Source: an uncultured Gemmatimonadaceae bacterium
GTDB lineage: Bacteria; Gemmatimonadota; Gemmatimonadetes; Gemmatimonadales; Gemmatimonadaceae
Direction: 5' to 3'
NCBI GenBank assembly: GCA_963781585.1
Contig: CAWAGQ010000007.1
Location: 1-64,000 of the forward strand
DNA: 64,000 bases
In this document: piece by piece, positions 1-8,842 of the stretch
How positions within the stretch are numbered: position 1 is the first letter of the stretch
Layout: each line of letters begins with the position of its first letter
Position numbers and translations under genes: made by a program
Notes under the pieces: model-generated
Told to the model about the DNA's origin: nothing
Databases searched by the model: none
What the model saw: the letters and a program-made list of their open reading frames with translations, nothing else

Positions 1-142
1 GTGGTACCCGGCAGCAACGTCCGACCGCTTCATGGCTGTGCGCTGACCGCGGGTAGCTGGTCCCGGACAACCGAAAGCTGACTGCTTTTGCGCGCCATCC
101 GCGCATGGAATGGACAGCATCGGTGCTCTCCCGTAATTCTCC

Positions 143-685
143 ATGCCGCTCTCCTGTCCCAAGTGCGCCTCCAAGGATACGCGGAGGCTCCTGCTCATTC
201 ATCGTGAAGCGTTGTCCGTCAAGAACCCAACGACGGCCAGCGCGGACACGACCGGACAACGGGGTGCGATGATCGCCGCCAGGGTGCCTGTTGCGCCAAG
301 TGGACGGCAAGTTCGGGCGGAGCGTTTGAGCAGGAGGTACCGTCTGCCCGTGTCGCCGCCCGAGCCCGATGCGCCGCCCGTGTCGCCGCCCGATGCGCCG
401 ACCAAAGCCCACGGCCAGGTACCTCTCCCGAAGCAGGTGACGCCACCGGAGAAGCGCGTGTGGACGCTCTGGAGTGTGCTCGCACTTGGCGCGATGCTCG
501 GTTCACTGCCTGGCATCCGGCACCCGGGCGTGCTGAATCTCATCGCTTTCGGCGTTGCCGTGCTCGCGGCGCGGATGGGTATCCGGGCGCATCAGTACAA
601 CGCCAACGACTACCCCCGCATCTATCGAGAGTGGGAGCAGTCGTTCATGTGCAGCCGGTGCGGCGAGATCTTCGTCGGGGAGTGA
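143..685 (+). CDS. Hypothetical membrane protein with split zinc-ribbon (N-terminal CPKC, C-terminal CSRC)
   Basis: 180-aa ORF with CxxC at both ends, a Pro-rich duplicated linker (PVSPPEPDAP/PVSPPDAP) and two hydrophobic helices. Confidence 0.6.
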   Translation: MPLSCPKCASKDTRRLLLIHREALSVKNPTTASADTTGQRGAMIAARVPVAPSGRQVRAERLSRRYRLPVSPPEPDAPPVSPPDAPTKAHGQVPLPKQVTPPEKRVWTLWSVLALGAMLGSLPGIRHPGVLNLIAFGVAVLAARMGIRAHQYNANDYPRIYREWEQSFMCSRCGEIFVGE

Positions 686-704
686 GCGCGGGTAAGAGTT
701 GTGG

Positions 705-1304
705 TCAGGCGTGGGCTGGGACGGTTGCCAGATGCGCTGTCGCAGTGCCGGTCTGTTTCCCGACGAGCTTCACGAAGTCGTCGGCAAACCGTTCCACCTG
801 CGCCCAATCGGTGTACTCGTGGTCGCGCGACGTGTCAGTCGAACCACCATTCACGCGCGACGCCCGCTTCATGAACCACCGCAGGAACGGATTGTATCGC
901 GTGTAGTTGACCGCTCCCGCCATGGACGCCGTTAGACGCGGATGCCAGTCCGTACGTACCAGGAAGTTTTCAAGGAGCTGATGGGCCGCATCGCGCGACT
1001 CGGCGAACATGCTCCCGGCGGAGGCGGTCACCGAGTAGAACGCGGACACCGTGGAGTTGAGGGCACTGCGATTGTGCTGCACGAAGCGGCGAATTGCCGG
1101 CTGATGCCCTCGCGGCGCGATGACAGACGATCCCACGATCACGCCGTCGCAGCCGTCGAGCGAACCGCCCGACCCCCGGCCTTTCGCGTCGACCAGCGTG
1201 ACCTCATGCCCGCGTCGCGAAATCAGCTCGTCAAGCCGCGCGGCGATCTTCGCCGTTTGTCCGTAGCTGGTGCCGTAGATGATAAGTATGCGACGTTCCC
1301 GCAT
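705..1304 (-). CDS. Flavodoxin-domain protein, HemG-like (menaquinone-dependent protoporphyrinogen oxidase family)
   Basis: Starts MRERRILIIYGTSYGQTAKIA (FMN-binding loop) and ends with DTSRDHEYTDW, typical of HemG-like flavodoxins. GGAGGGA RBS precedes the ATG at 1304; the longer ORF-track start is not credible. Confidence 0.8.
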   Translation of the reverse strand: MRERRILIIYGTSYGQTAKIAARLDELISRRGHEVTLVDAKGRGSGGSLDGCDGVIVGSSVIAPRGHQPAIRRFVQHNRSALNSTVSAFYSVTASAGSMFAESRDAAHQLLENFLVRTDWHPRLTASMAGAVNYTRYNPFLRWFMKRASRVNGGSTDTSRDHEYTDWAQVERFADDFVKLVGKQTGTATAHLATVPAHA

Positions 1305-1449
1305 GGTCCCTCCGCGCCAAACGACGATGCACGATGCGGCACGGCCGGACCCGGACGCAGGTGGGGAGTTGCACCATTCGGCGTCGGAGACTTCCCGCGT
1401 GTGACGGAACAGTCCTGTCGGGGTTCTGCCGATGGCCGGTCGTGGCTCG

Positions 1450-2859
1450 CTACTCCGACGCGATCTGGTACTGCTCCAGTTTGCCGTCCGGCATCGTGAA
1501 GGTCGTGAGTCGCAGCACCTTCTGGCCGCAGCGAATCGTGAACGCGCGAAAGACCATCCCGCCCCGCAGCGATTGCCCGGTCTGCTCGAACGACTGCGGC
1601 GCGCCGAGCGGCCCGAGGCTCGAGGCGAAATCGGCGATCGCCTGCTGCGAGAAGTAGGCGTTGGCGTTGGCTGTGAACAATGAGCGATCGATCTTCCCGT
1701 GCTGGAGGTCGTCGAAGATGCGGCGCGCCTGATCCACGGCCGGCTTCGTCTCGGCCTCGCTGGCGGTGAACAGCAGCGTGGCGATCCGGCCGGCAATTCG
1801 CGACGACGCGGCGGTCGCGTCGAGATTGGTGAACACCACCACCGCCGCGTGATCGTCGGGATACACCTCGTTGCGCGCGGTGAACCCCGACACCTCACCG
1901 CCGTGCGAGATCATGCGGTGACCGTTGGCCGCGCCGACGTTGACCCCGAGTCCGTAGCCCGTGCCGACCCCGTTGCGGAGCACCGTCTCCGTCTCCAGCG
2001 CGAGGTAGGAGGCCGGTTTCAGGATCTTCTGGTCGATCATGGAGATGTCCCAGAGCGCCAGATCGGACGCGGTCATGGCCAGCTCGCCCGCGGCGAACAT
2101 CCATCCTTTTCCCTCCTTTGGCGCCACCCGAGGCGCTGCCAGCGCATAACGCATGTAGCGTGTGGGGTCATTCGAGCCGAGTGGTGCGAGGTCGGTGTTG
2201 GTGACGGACTTCATGCCCAGCGGTGTGAAGATGCGCTTCCGCAGAAAGTCCATGAGCGGCATGCCGCTCGCCTTTTCGACGATCATGCCGGCGATGACGT
2301 AGTTGGTGTTGCTGTACTGCCACCTGGTGCCGGGATCGAAGTCGAGCGGCTTGCCCGCCCAGGTCTTCACGATCTCCGGGGCGGTGACCGGCTTCAGCAT
2401 GCCGGGCATCACGTAGTCCTGAGGCCAGAAATCCTGGTAGCCGGACGTCATCGAGAGAATCTCGCGCACGGTGATCTCGTTGGCGCGCGTGAGGTCGGGG
2501 AGCCATCGGCTCGCCTTGTCGTCGAGCGAGAGCTTGCCTTCCTCGGCGAGCAACAGGATCGCCGTCGACGTGAACTGCTTGCTGATGGAGCCGATGCTGT
2601 AGCGCATGGCCGTGGTCGCCGGCTTGGGGGGCGCAAGCCGCGCGCGGCCGTAGGCGTGGGTGTAGGCGATCTTCCCGTTGCGCACGACGGCGATCGACGC
2701 ACTCGGCGCACCGGTACTGGCGAGCACCGCGGTGACGGTAGAGTCGATGCGATGCTGGACGTCGGCGCTCAGGGCGTTCTGGGCGGGCAGGGGGGCGGCG
2801 ATGGTTGCGGCCGCCAGCAGCAGGATTGCGACCATGGTTCGCGATTTCAGGTCGTGCAC
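1450..2859 (-). CDS. Secreted serine hydrolase, beta-lactamase class C / peptidase S12 family
   Basis: Signal peptide; SISK (SxxK), YSN and HGG motifs; GGAGG RBS before the GTG start. Confidence 0.9.
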   Translation of the reverse strand: MHDLKSRTMVAILLLAAATIAAPLPAQNALSADVQHRIDSTVTAVLASTGAPSASIAVVRNGKIAYTHAYGRARLAPPKPATTAMRYSIGSISKQFTSTAILLLAEEGKLSLDDKASRWLPDLTRANEITVREILSMTSGYQDFWPQDYVMPGMLKPVTAPEIVKTWAGKPLDFDPGTRWQYSNTNYVIAGMIVEKASGMPLMDFLRKRIFTPLGMKSVTNTDLAPLGSNDPTRYMRYALAAPRVAPKEGKGWMFAAGELAMTASDLALWDISMIDQKILKPASYLALETETVLRNGVGTGYGLGVNVGAANGHRMISHGGEVSGFTARNEVYPDDHAAVVVFTNLDATAASSRIAGRIATLLFTASEAETKPAVDQARRIFDDLQHGKIDRSLFTANANAYFSQQAIADFASSLGPLGAPQSFEQTGQSLRGGMVFRAFTIRCGQKVLRLTTFTMPDGKLEQYQIASE

Positions 2860-2984
2860 GGGGAGCCTCCTGGGTCGATCCGGAAGTCTACGGCCGGTTG
2901 GCGGACGCTGCCAACGCGCTCTTGCGGCATGCGCCCCGCGTCCGTATCGCTGGCGGCGCGGGTCTCCCTGATTCGAGGGCTGCC

Positions 2985-3527
2985 TCAGAAAATCGCGGCC
3001 AGCGGGCTCGCGAATCCCGGCACCACATCCTCGCCGTCCAGCGGGTCTTCATGCCTGACGAGCGCCTCACTGCCATCGGCTCGATACACCCGCGCCAGCC
3101 GGCGTACGGGATCAATGACCCATACGAGGCGAGAGCCCGCTTCCAGCCAGTCGCCGACCTTGGCGAGCACTTCACCGGGGCGTTCGTCCGGCGACAGTAC
3201 CTCTACCACCAGATCCGGTGCGAGCGCGGGGTAGCCTGCCGGGATGGGCTCCGGCACGCGGTCCCACGTCACGTAGGCCACATCGGGAGCGCGCACGGTG
3301 TCGGGATTGCTGGCGAGCTTGAATCCCGTCTCTGCAGCGAAGACGCGGCCCAGGCCGTGCGCCTTCACATGTGCAGTAATGCGGAACGCGAGCTCCGCCG
3401 CGACCGCTCCGTGCCACCCGCCAGGCGGCTCCCGCACTGCGAGCCGTCCGCGGACAAGCTCCGCGGGCTTGCCGCTCGTGTCGAGGTGCAGCAGTTCGTC
3501 GGCCGTGATGAGCGAGCTGGAAGCCAT
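2985..3527 (-). CDS. Uma2 family (DUF820) PD-(D/E)XK endonuclease-like protein
   Basis: ELVRG, APDVAYV, APDLVVEVLSP and LVWVIDP motifs. Start is 3527 or 3557. Confidence 0.9.
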   Translation of the reverse strand: MASSSLITADELLHLDTSGKPAELVRGRLAVREPPGGWHGAVAAELAFRITAHVKAHGLGRVFAAETGFKLASNPDTVRAPDVAYVTWDRVPEPIPAGYPALAPDLVVEVLSPDERPGEVLAKVGDWLEAGSRLVWVIDPVRRLARVYRADGSEALVRHEDPLDGEDVVPGFASPLAAIF

Positions 3528-3738
3528 GTCTGGAATGTACGAGCGTGGTTTGGCCATGGGGAGACAAACTGCTGGCGGTCGTCACTTCGACGTCACCCGG
3601 ATGCGGCCCCTGCTGGGTCGCCAGAGATGGCCTCAACTGGCGGCACGACCGACGATCGATCAGACGGTAAGGTTACGGCCTGTTGCCACGAGCCGGCAAC
3701 GATCCGTGGCGGTAGCCGGTTTGGGCGAGCGCGAGCAT

Positions 3739-6700
3739 TCAGCCCACGGTCCGTAAGGTCGTCACTGAGCGCGGGTGCGCGCCATTGGGGGGCGTCGAAG
3801 AACTGCTCCCTCTGTCCGGCGCCTTGTGTACGCTCTCCTCGATTCTGCTGCGCAGGTACTGCGGCAGCTTCTCGTACTGGTCGGATCGCAGTAGTGACAT
3901 CACCCCTGGCAGCGATTGCGCCACCGCTGCCTCCGCATCAAGTGCCGCTTGCTTCGACCGCTGCAGTGCTTCCCCACCGTACTTGCCATTGAGCGAGGCC
4001 AGGTAGCGCGCGAGATCTGCGTAGATGGAATCGCGGGCCGCCAACACGCGACGGTCCAGCGCCTCGAGTGAGTCCACCTGCTGCGGGGAAAGCTTTAGCG
4101 AATCGCGAAGGCGCAGGATGGCATCCAGCTCGGTCGTGAGACGCGTCGCGACACGGTCCTTGATACGCGATTCCGTCAGCGATTGGTCGCCAGGCGGTGG
4201 ACGGAGCGACAACCTGAGGCGCTGCAGCTCGCGGTTCGGTGAGAGGTCGATGTGCACGTTGAGCCCGATACTGAAAGGGGCTCGTACCGTGGCGCGAGAC
4301 TGCGCCGTACTGCCGAATCGCGGATTCACGTCATAGATGTACCGGCTGGTCGCCGGGTCGAACCCTCGTACGTACAGCAACGTCTGATCCGGCGCGAAGC
4401 CGACGGGCTGGCCCCAACCTCGCAGCCCGTGTGCGCCGTGCACAAGTCGATCCACCGCCGCCAGCGCATTGTCCAGAGTGAACGAAACGGTGGTGCGTTG
4501 GCCCAGATGAAGCCCGCTGGTGCCGGGGATGATCGACACCCTCAGGAGCGAGGTCCACGGGCCGCGACAGCTGTTCCTGGCGGCGACTCTGGTGAGTTGC
4601 GGCCTCAGACACCGCGCGGCCACGCCGCCCGAGGCGAGGAGCTGCGCCATGCCGGTCGCGACGGTCGAATCGGGAGCAGTCGTCGGACTGAACACGAACG
4701 CGCGATCGTTCGCGTACCCATCGCCGTTGATGTCGGTCGACACCCGCGGCGTGAAGGGGCGGCCGGAAAAGAACGCGGCATACGCCGAAACCGTGAACCA
4801 GCCGCGCACATCCAACTGGCCCTGCAGCGTGATCTGGTGCCGCACGTCTCCGCTCGCCCAGGCCCACTCGGCGGCTCGCGGATCTCCGGCGGTCGCCCCT
4901 CCGCTGAATCCGTTCGCCCGCTCGCGATCGTGCTGATTCGCGTAGCTGAGTCGCAGCTGCCCCGTCACGCCACCCCGCGGAGGGAGCTGCGCCGCCAGCA
5001 TGAACTGCACCCGACGGACCCTCGACCTCACTCCCGAGTTGATCTCCGACACGCGCTGAAAGGCGTCGAACCGGCGTGACTCGGTGGCACTGACGGCGCC
5101 TGCCGTGGTCGAAATGCTCGCCGGCGAGACATACACGGGTCGCTCGCTCTCGTCGGGCAGACGGAATCGAGACGACGGGTCGAAGTTGAGATCGGTCGAG
5201 CCGCGCTGGTGGAGGTTGAGCGCGTCGTCATACTGCACGACCCCGAGCAGCGAGCGCGCGAGGAACGCCCTCCACCCAATGCTCCCGCGCCAGCTCTCCG
5301 GCGACTGGTAGCGCGGCGCGAAGAGCGACACCGGAGGGGTGCTCTCCACCAGCGGAGAGCCGATGGTCCCATCGGCGCAGGTCGTCGGAATGTTGCCAAC
5401 CGCGTCCAGATACGCCGACCAGTCGGGAATGGGAGTTGCGTCGCCCACGCAGCGCAGTTGCTGTGCGGCGTTCTGCAGCCCCGTCGTCCGAATCACGGAC
5501 TCGACGCTTGCTGCGTCGATGGGCTGCGCGATGCGCCGCACGCCGCCAAACAACGTCCCCCCGAACAGGTTCCTCGGCGCGACCGCTCCGCTCCGCGCCG
5601 TGTGCGGCGTCCAATTGAAGCCGAGCATGGGCGATACTCCAAACGCTCCAGGGATGCGGTCGGTCCGTCGGCCGAACAGCGAGTCCACGACCGGGTTGTA
5701 CTGCGGTCGCGAGGGAATCGCCGTTCCCTGAAACTGCAAGCCCAATTGGATCTGCACTCCACGCCTGGGCAGGTAGGTGTCGCCCACGCCGAGGAGCAAC
5801 GAGGCATCGCTGGCCGAGCGTGTGGCTGACGCGAGTGTGCGCGTGAACGTCGCCGGCCGGGCGTTCGCGAAGTCGTCAAGGGAGTTGAACTCGAACACGC
5901 CGGGCGATGCGCCTACCACCGAGCGCGACCGCCGAAGCTGGCCATCGACGGTCACCCTGAGCAGGTGCCGACCGTCCACGGTAAACCAGGAGGTCTCGTT
6001 CTTCACCTGGGCCGATGATTGCCGTGCGTCGGTGCCGGGGGCGACGCCGCCCCCGACGGTCACGAGGGAACTGCCGATCTGATCCCCCGATGTGCTGGAG
6101 GTCATGAGCACCCGACTCGCGGGAAACGCGAGGTTGGGGTGCGAGTGTTGTCTGGAGGCCTGGAGACCAACGGTCAGCTCCTCCAGCACCGAGCCCCCGA
6201 CATAGGTCGAGAGTTGCGGCAGCACCAGGACTTGCCAGCCGGCCGATTGTACTCCCGATGCGGCGAGCGATGTCGGGGTGATGCCTCCACCGCGTCCATC
6301 CTGCCACGAGATGATGCCGGTGGCATTGAGCGTGGTGTTCGAGTCCTTACTCCAGTCAAACCGGGGCAGGAGCTGGCCGTTCGTGCTGCGCTGGTATCCC
6401 GGCGCGCCGGAGCGTGTGGGGATGCCGAAGGAATTGCCGAGCGCCGCGAGTCGCGCCACCGAGTCGGCATTCAACCCGAGAGCCGCCAGGGCGCCAGTCG
6501 TGAACGTCGAGAGCGAGGTGAGCGGCCGTGATGTCTGGTCCAGCTGGAAGGGAACGCTGTAAAAGGTCTTGTCCTCCACGAACGGTCCCGACACCGATCC
6601 GCCGAATTGATTGTGCAGGGAGCGGTTGCCTCCAAGGCGAACCGACGGGTCGTTCCACTGGAGTTGCGGTGGCTGGACGGATTCGCGCACCGTTCGCATG

Positions 6701-7446
6701 CGGTAGTCCGATCCTCCGGGCGCGGTGAAGGCGATGCTCGCCCCGCCGGTGCCGCGCCGGCCGGCATCATAGGACACGGTCGAGGCACGTCCCGACAAGC
6801 CCTCGCTGGGCAGGGTGAGGCCGCTGACGGTGATGCCGTTCAAGGTCATCGCGTTGTCGTCGGACAGCGTGCCGAGCACTGAAGTCCGCGGAACCCCATT
6901 GGCGTCGGTCTGGAGGGAGACGCCGGGCACGGCGGCGAGCGCGCTCAGGAGATCGGCCGTTGGATCGTCGCGAAAGATGTGCGTGAGGTCCTCCGGGATT
7001 CCGGCGGTCCCGATTCCCGCGTCTCCGCCGGCACCGCCGCGTGGCGGTCGGGGTCTCCGCACGGCCACCTGGACGGCGTTGAGCGCCTGCACCGAGGGTG
7101 CGAGGTAGAAGGCGATTGCGGGGAAAGTGCCATCCGCCTGCCTGACGACAGTCTGCTGCTGCGGGCGGTAGCCGAGCAGGGCGGCGGTGACGAGATAGCT
7201 CGACGCCGAGGCGTCGCGAGCCGATATCCGGAACTGCCCGACCTGGTCGGTGGTCGCGTTGATGACGGTCTGAGAGTCGGGCGTGACCGCGCGCACGCGG
7301 GCGCCCTGCAGAGGGATGCTGTCGCGACTCAGCACCCGTCCGTGAATATCGCTCGGCTCCTGCGCGGTGAGGAGCGACGAGAAGCCAGCATCTGCAACAA
7401 GCGCGAGCGCCACTGTCGATGCCGCAGCAACGCGGCGGATGCACAT
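3739..7446 (-). CDS. TonB-dependent receptor-like outer-membrane protein with N-terminal carboxypeptidase-regulatory-like domain
   Basis: Signal peptide; IHGRV...PLQGARV...TDQVGQF domain; plug-like segment; NQFGGSVSGP and SGRPFTP...DINGDG motifs of Oar-like receptors; GGAGG RBS. Confidence 0.75.
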   Translation of the reverse strand: MCIRRVAAASTVALALVADAGFSSLLTAQEPSDIHGRVLSRDSIPLQGARVRAVTPDSQTVINATTDQVGQFRISARDASASSYLVTAALLGYRPQQQTVVRQADGTFPAIAFYLAPSVQALNAVQVAVRRPRPPRGGAGGDAGIGTAGIPEDLTHIFRDDPTADLLSALAAVPGVSLQTDANGVPRTSVLGTLSDDNAMTLNGITVSGLTLPSEGLSGRASTVSYDAGRRGTGGASIAFTAPGGSDYRMRTVRESVQPPQLQWNDPSVRLGGNRSLHNQFGGSVSGPFVEDKTFYSVPFQLDQTSRPLTSLSTFTTGALAALGLNADSVARLAALGNSFGIPTRSGAPGYQRSTNGQLLPRFDWSKDSNTTLNATGIISWQDGRGGGITPTSLAASGVQSAGWQVLVLPQLSTYVGGSVLEELTVGLQASRQHSHPNLAFPASRVLMTSSTSGDQIGSSLVTVGGGVAPGTDARQSSAQVKNETSWFTVDGRHLLRVTVDGQLRRSRSVVGASPGVFEFNSLDDFANARPATFTRTLASATRSASDASLLLGVGDTYLPRRGVQIQLGLQFQGTAIPSRPQYNPVVDSLFGRRTDRIPGAFGVSPMLGFNWTPHTARSGAVAPRNLFGGTLFGGVRRIAQPIDAASVESVIRTTGLQNAAQQLRCVGDATPIPDWSAYLDAVGNIPTTCADGTIGSPLVESTPPVSLFAPRYQSPESWRGSIGWRAFLARSLLGVVQYDDALNLHQRGSTDLNFDPSSRFRLPDESERPVYVSPASISTTAGAVSATESRRFDAFQRVSEINSGVRSRVRRVQFMLAAQLPPRGGVTGQLRLSYANQHDRERANGFSGGATAGDPRAAEWAWASGDVRHQITLQGQLDVRGWFTVSAYAAFFSGRPFTPRVSTDINGDGYANDRAFVFSPTTAPDSTVATGMAQLLASGGVAARCLRPQLTRVAARNSCRGPWTSLLRVSIIPGTSGLHLGQRTTVSFTLDNALAAVDRLVHGAHGLRGWGQPVGFAPDQTLLYVRGFDPATSRYIYDVNPRFGSTAQSRATVRAPFSIGLNVHIDLSPNRELQRLRLSLRPPPGDQSLTESRIKDRVATRLTTELDAILRLRDSLKLSPQQVDSLEALDRRVLAARDSIYADLARYLASLNGKYGGEALQRSKQAALDAEAAVAQSLPGVMSLLRSDQYEKLPQYLRSRIEESVHKAPDRGSSSSTPPNGAHPRSVTTLRTVG

Positions 7447-7572
7447 GAAGGTGCGCCTCCATGGCGATGATCGGCGGGGCAATGACGTCTGCCGACGGGC
7501 ACGTCATCGCAACCTGATCGCTCAGACCGGCGAGTTCAAGGTGCGCGCCCGGGAATGGGGTGAGCGTGCCGC

Positions 7573-8169
7573 TCAGGAGCACCGCGGCGTTTCGCCCGGC
7601 GTGGCCGGAGGCAACGGCAGGCTGCGGCCCTCGCCGAGCACCGCCAATTGCACTCCCGTGCTCAGGTTGTATGTCGCGAACGCGTTTTCGAAGGGCCATT
7701 CGAAAACCAGCACGACCCACGCCTGCTGCACCGCGATCGTGGGGGGCACGGCGACCTCGAACTGCAGGGTATCCCGAAGCACCCGCGTGGCCGTGTCGAG
7801 TCTTGCCGGTGTCGCCTCTTCGCCGAACGCCGGCGCTAGCCTCGCGGCCCGACTCTCCGATTCCACGTCCCATTCCCCGTTCGGCAGACAGTGCGCAAGC
7901 CCGGTTCGGAGGCGCAGATCCCAGTACTGCTGCGGATCGCGCTGAAATGTCTGGAGTGTGCCGCGAAGAATCACGACATCGATCCAGTCGCTCCGGCGCG
8001 AAATCGTCCCTTCCAGCCGGGCCTGCACGCCGTACACCGTGTGCATGGAACTGGCGACGAACGGCGTGGCCGTCGAGGACGAACCGGACGAATTGCGTCC
8101 CATCGATGCGCACGCCGTCACGAGGACGCCGGCGGCGGCGCAGATGACGGCTCGTGCGGCGATCGTCAG
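7573..8169 (-). CDS. Hypothetical lipoprotein (start uncertain)
   Basis: The C-terminal part of the 7573..9078 ORF has a hydrophobic stretch, a VTAC lipobox and a beta-rich domain. A possible CTG start overlaps the upstream TGA. Confidence 0.5.
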   Translation of the reverse strand: MTIAARAVICAAAGVLVTACASMGRNSSGSSSTATPFVASSMHTVYGVQARLEGTISRRSDWIDVVILRGTLQTFQRDPQQYWDLRLRTGLAHCLPNGEWDVESESRAARLAPAFGEEATPARLDTATRVLRDTLQFEVAVPPTIAVQQAWVVLVFEWPFENAFATYNLSTGVQLAVLGEGRSLPLPPATPGETPRCS

Positions 8170-8753
8170 ACCTGGGCGTGCAGTCCGGTGTCCGACGGGA
8201 CCGCAGCCTTCGAGCGGGCGATGTTTACGTCGGGGACCGCCGACGAAGCGGGGCACGACGCGGAACGCTCGGGCGCCAGGCGCGGCTCGGCGCCAAGCCA
8301 GTAGAGCCCGTTCGCCATGATGCAGTAGCCCGTCGCGGCGAACCACACCATCGCCCCGCCCACGAAACCCGTGAACGCGAGCCACCAGGGGCTGACCGTA
8401 AGCGACAGCACGGAGGCCACGGTGATGTTGATGCCCACGGCGAGGTAGATGCGTCGCTCGAGGTACCACTTGTCGGTCTGCATGAAGTACAGATTGCCGG
8501 GCGTGGGACCGGCGCGTCCCAGCATCGGCCTGAAGCCGAAGAGGCGGAGCACGTTGCCGACCACGCAGAATCCGGTGAACGCCACGGTGATCGAGAATAC
8601 TGCCGTGACGATCACGCCGAGCACCCAGAAGGGATTCACCAGGGCGGCAAGCGCGGTGCAGGCGATGAGAACTACGCCGGCAATGAGCCAGACCGTGCGC
8701 TCGATGTACCAGCGGTTCGTGGGGACGATGTAGACGCCGGTTCGCATTGTCAT
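8166..8753 (-). CDS. Membrane protein with two tandem YgaP-like (DUF2892) domains
   Basis: Two repeats, WYIER...TGFC and WYLER...TGYC, each a TM hairpin ending in a conserved Cys. Confidence 0.75.
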   Translation of the reverse strand: MTMRTGVYIVPTNRWYIERTVWLIAGVVLIACTALAALVNPFWVLGVIVTAVFSITVAFTGFCVVGNVLRLFGFRPMLGRAGPTPGNLYFMQTDKWYLERRIYLAVGINITVASVLSLTVSPWWLAFTGFVGGAMVWFAATGYCIMANGLYWLGAEPRLAPERSASCPASSAVPDVNIARSKAAVPSDTGLHAQV

Positions 8754-8842
8754 GCCGTCTATGATAGGAATGGCTGCACGCGGACGCCAGATCGTCCGCT
8801 GGCAGCGCCAGTCTGTCGCCTATACTTGTCCCCTGCGCGCTG

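Noticed and set aside
1..33. Possible minus-strand gene start (MKRSDVAAGYH) running off the left edge
   Set aside because: Only 11 codons are visible, which cannot be supported.
705..1304. Functional link between the HemG-like gene and the multiheme operon
   Set aside because: It is 39 kb away with no shared regulatory motif seen.
1699..3234. Long antisense or alternative-frame ORFs (also 28126-29400, 37591-39285, 40417-41643, 53532-55277, 57278-59083)
   Set aside because: Shadow ORFs expected in high-GC DNA; they lie opposite well-supported genes and carry no motifs.
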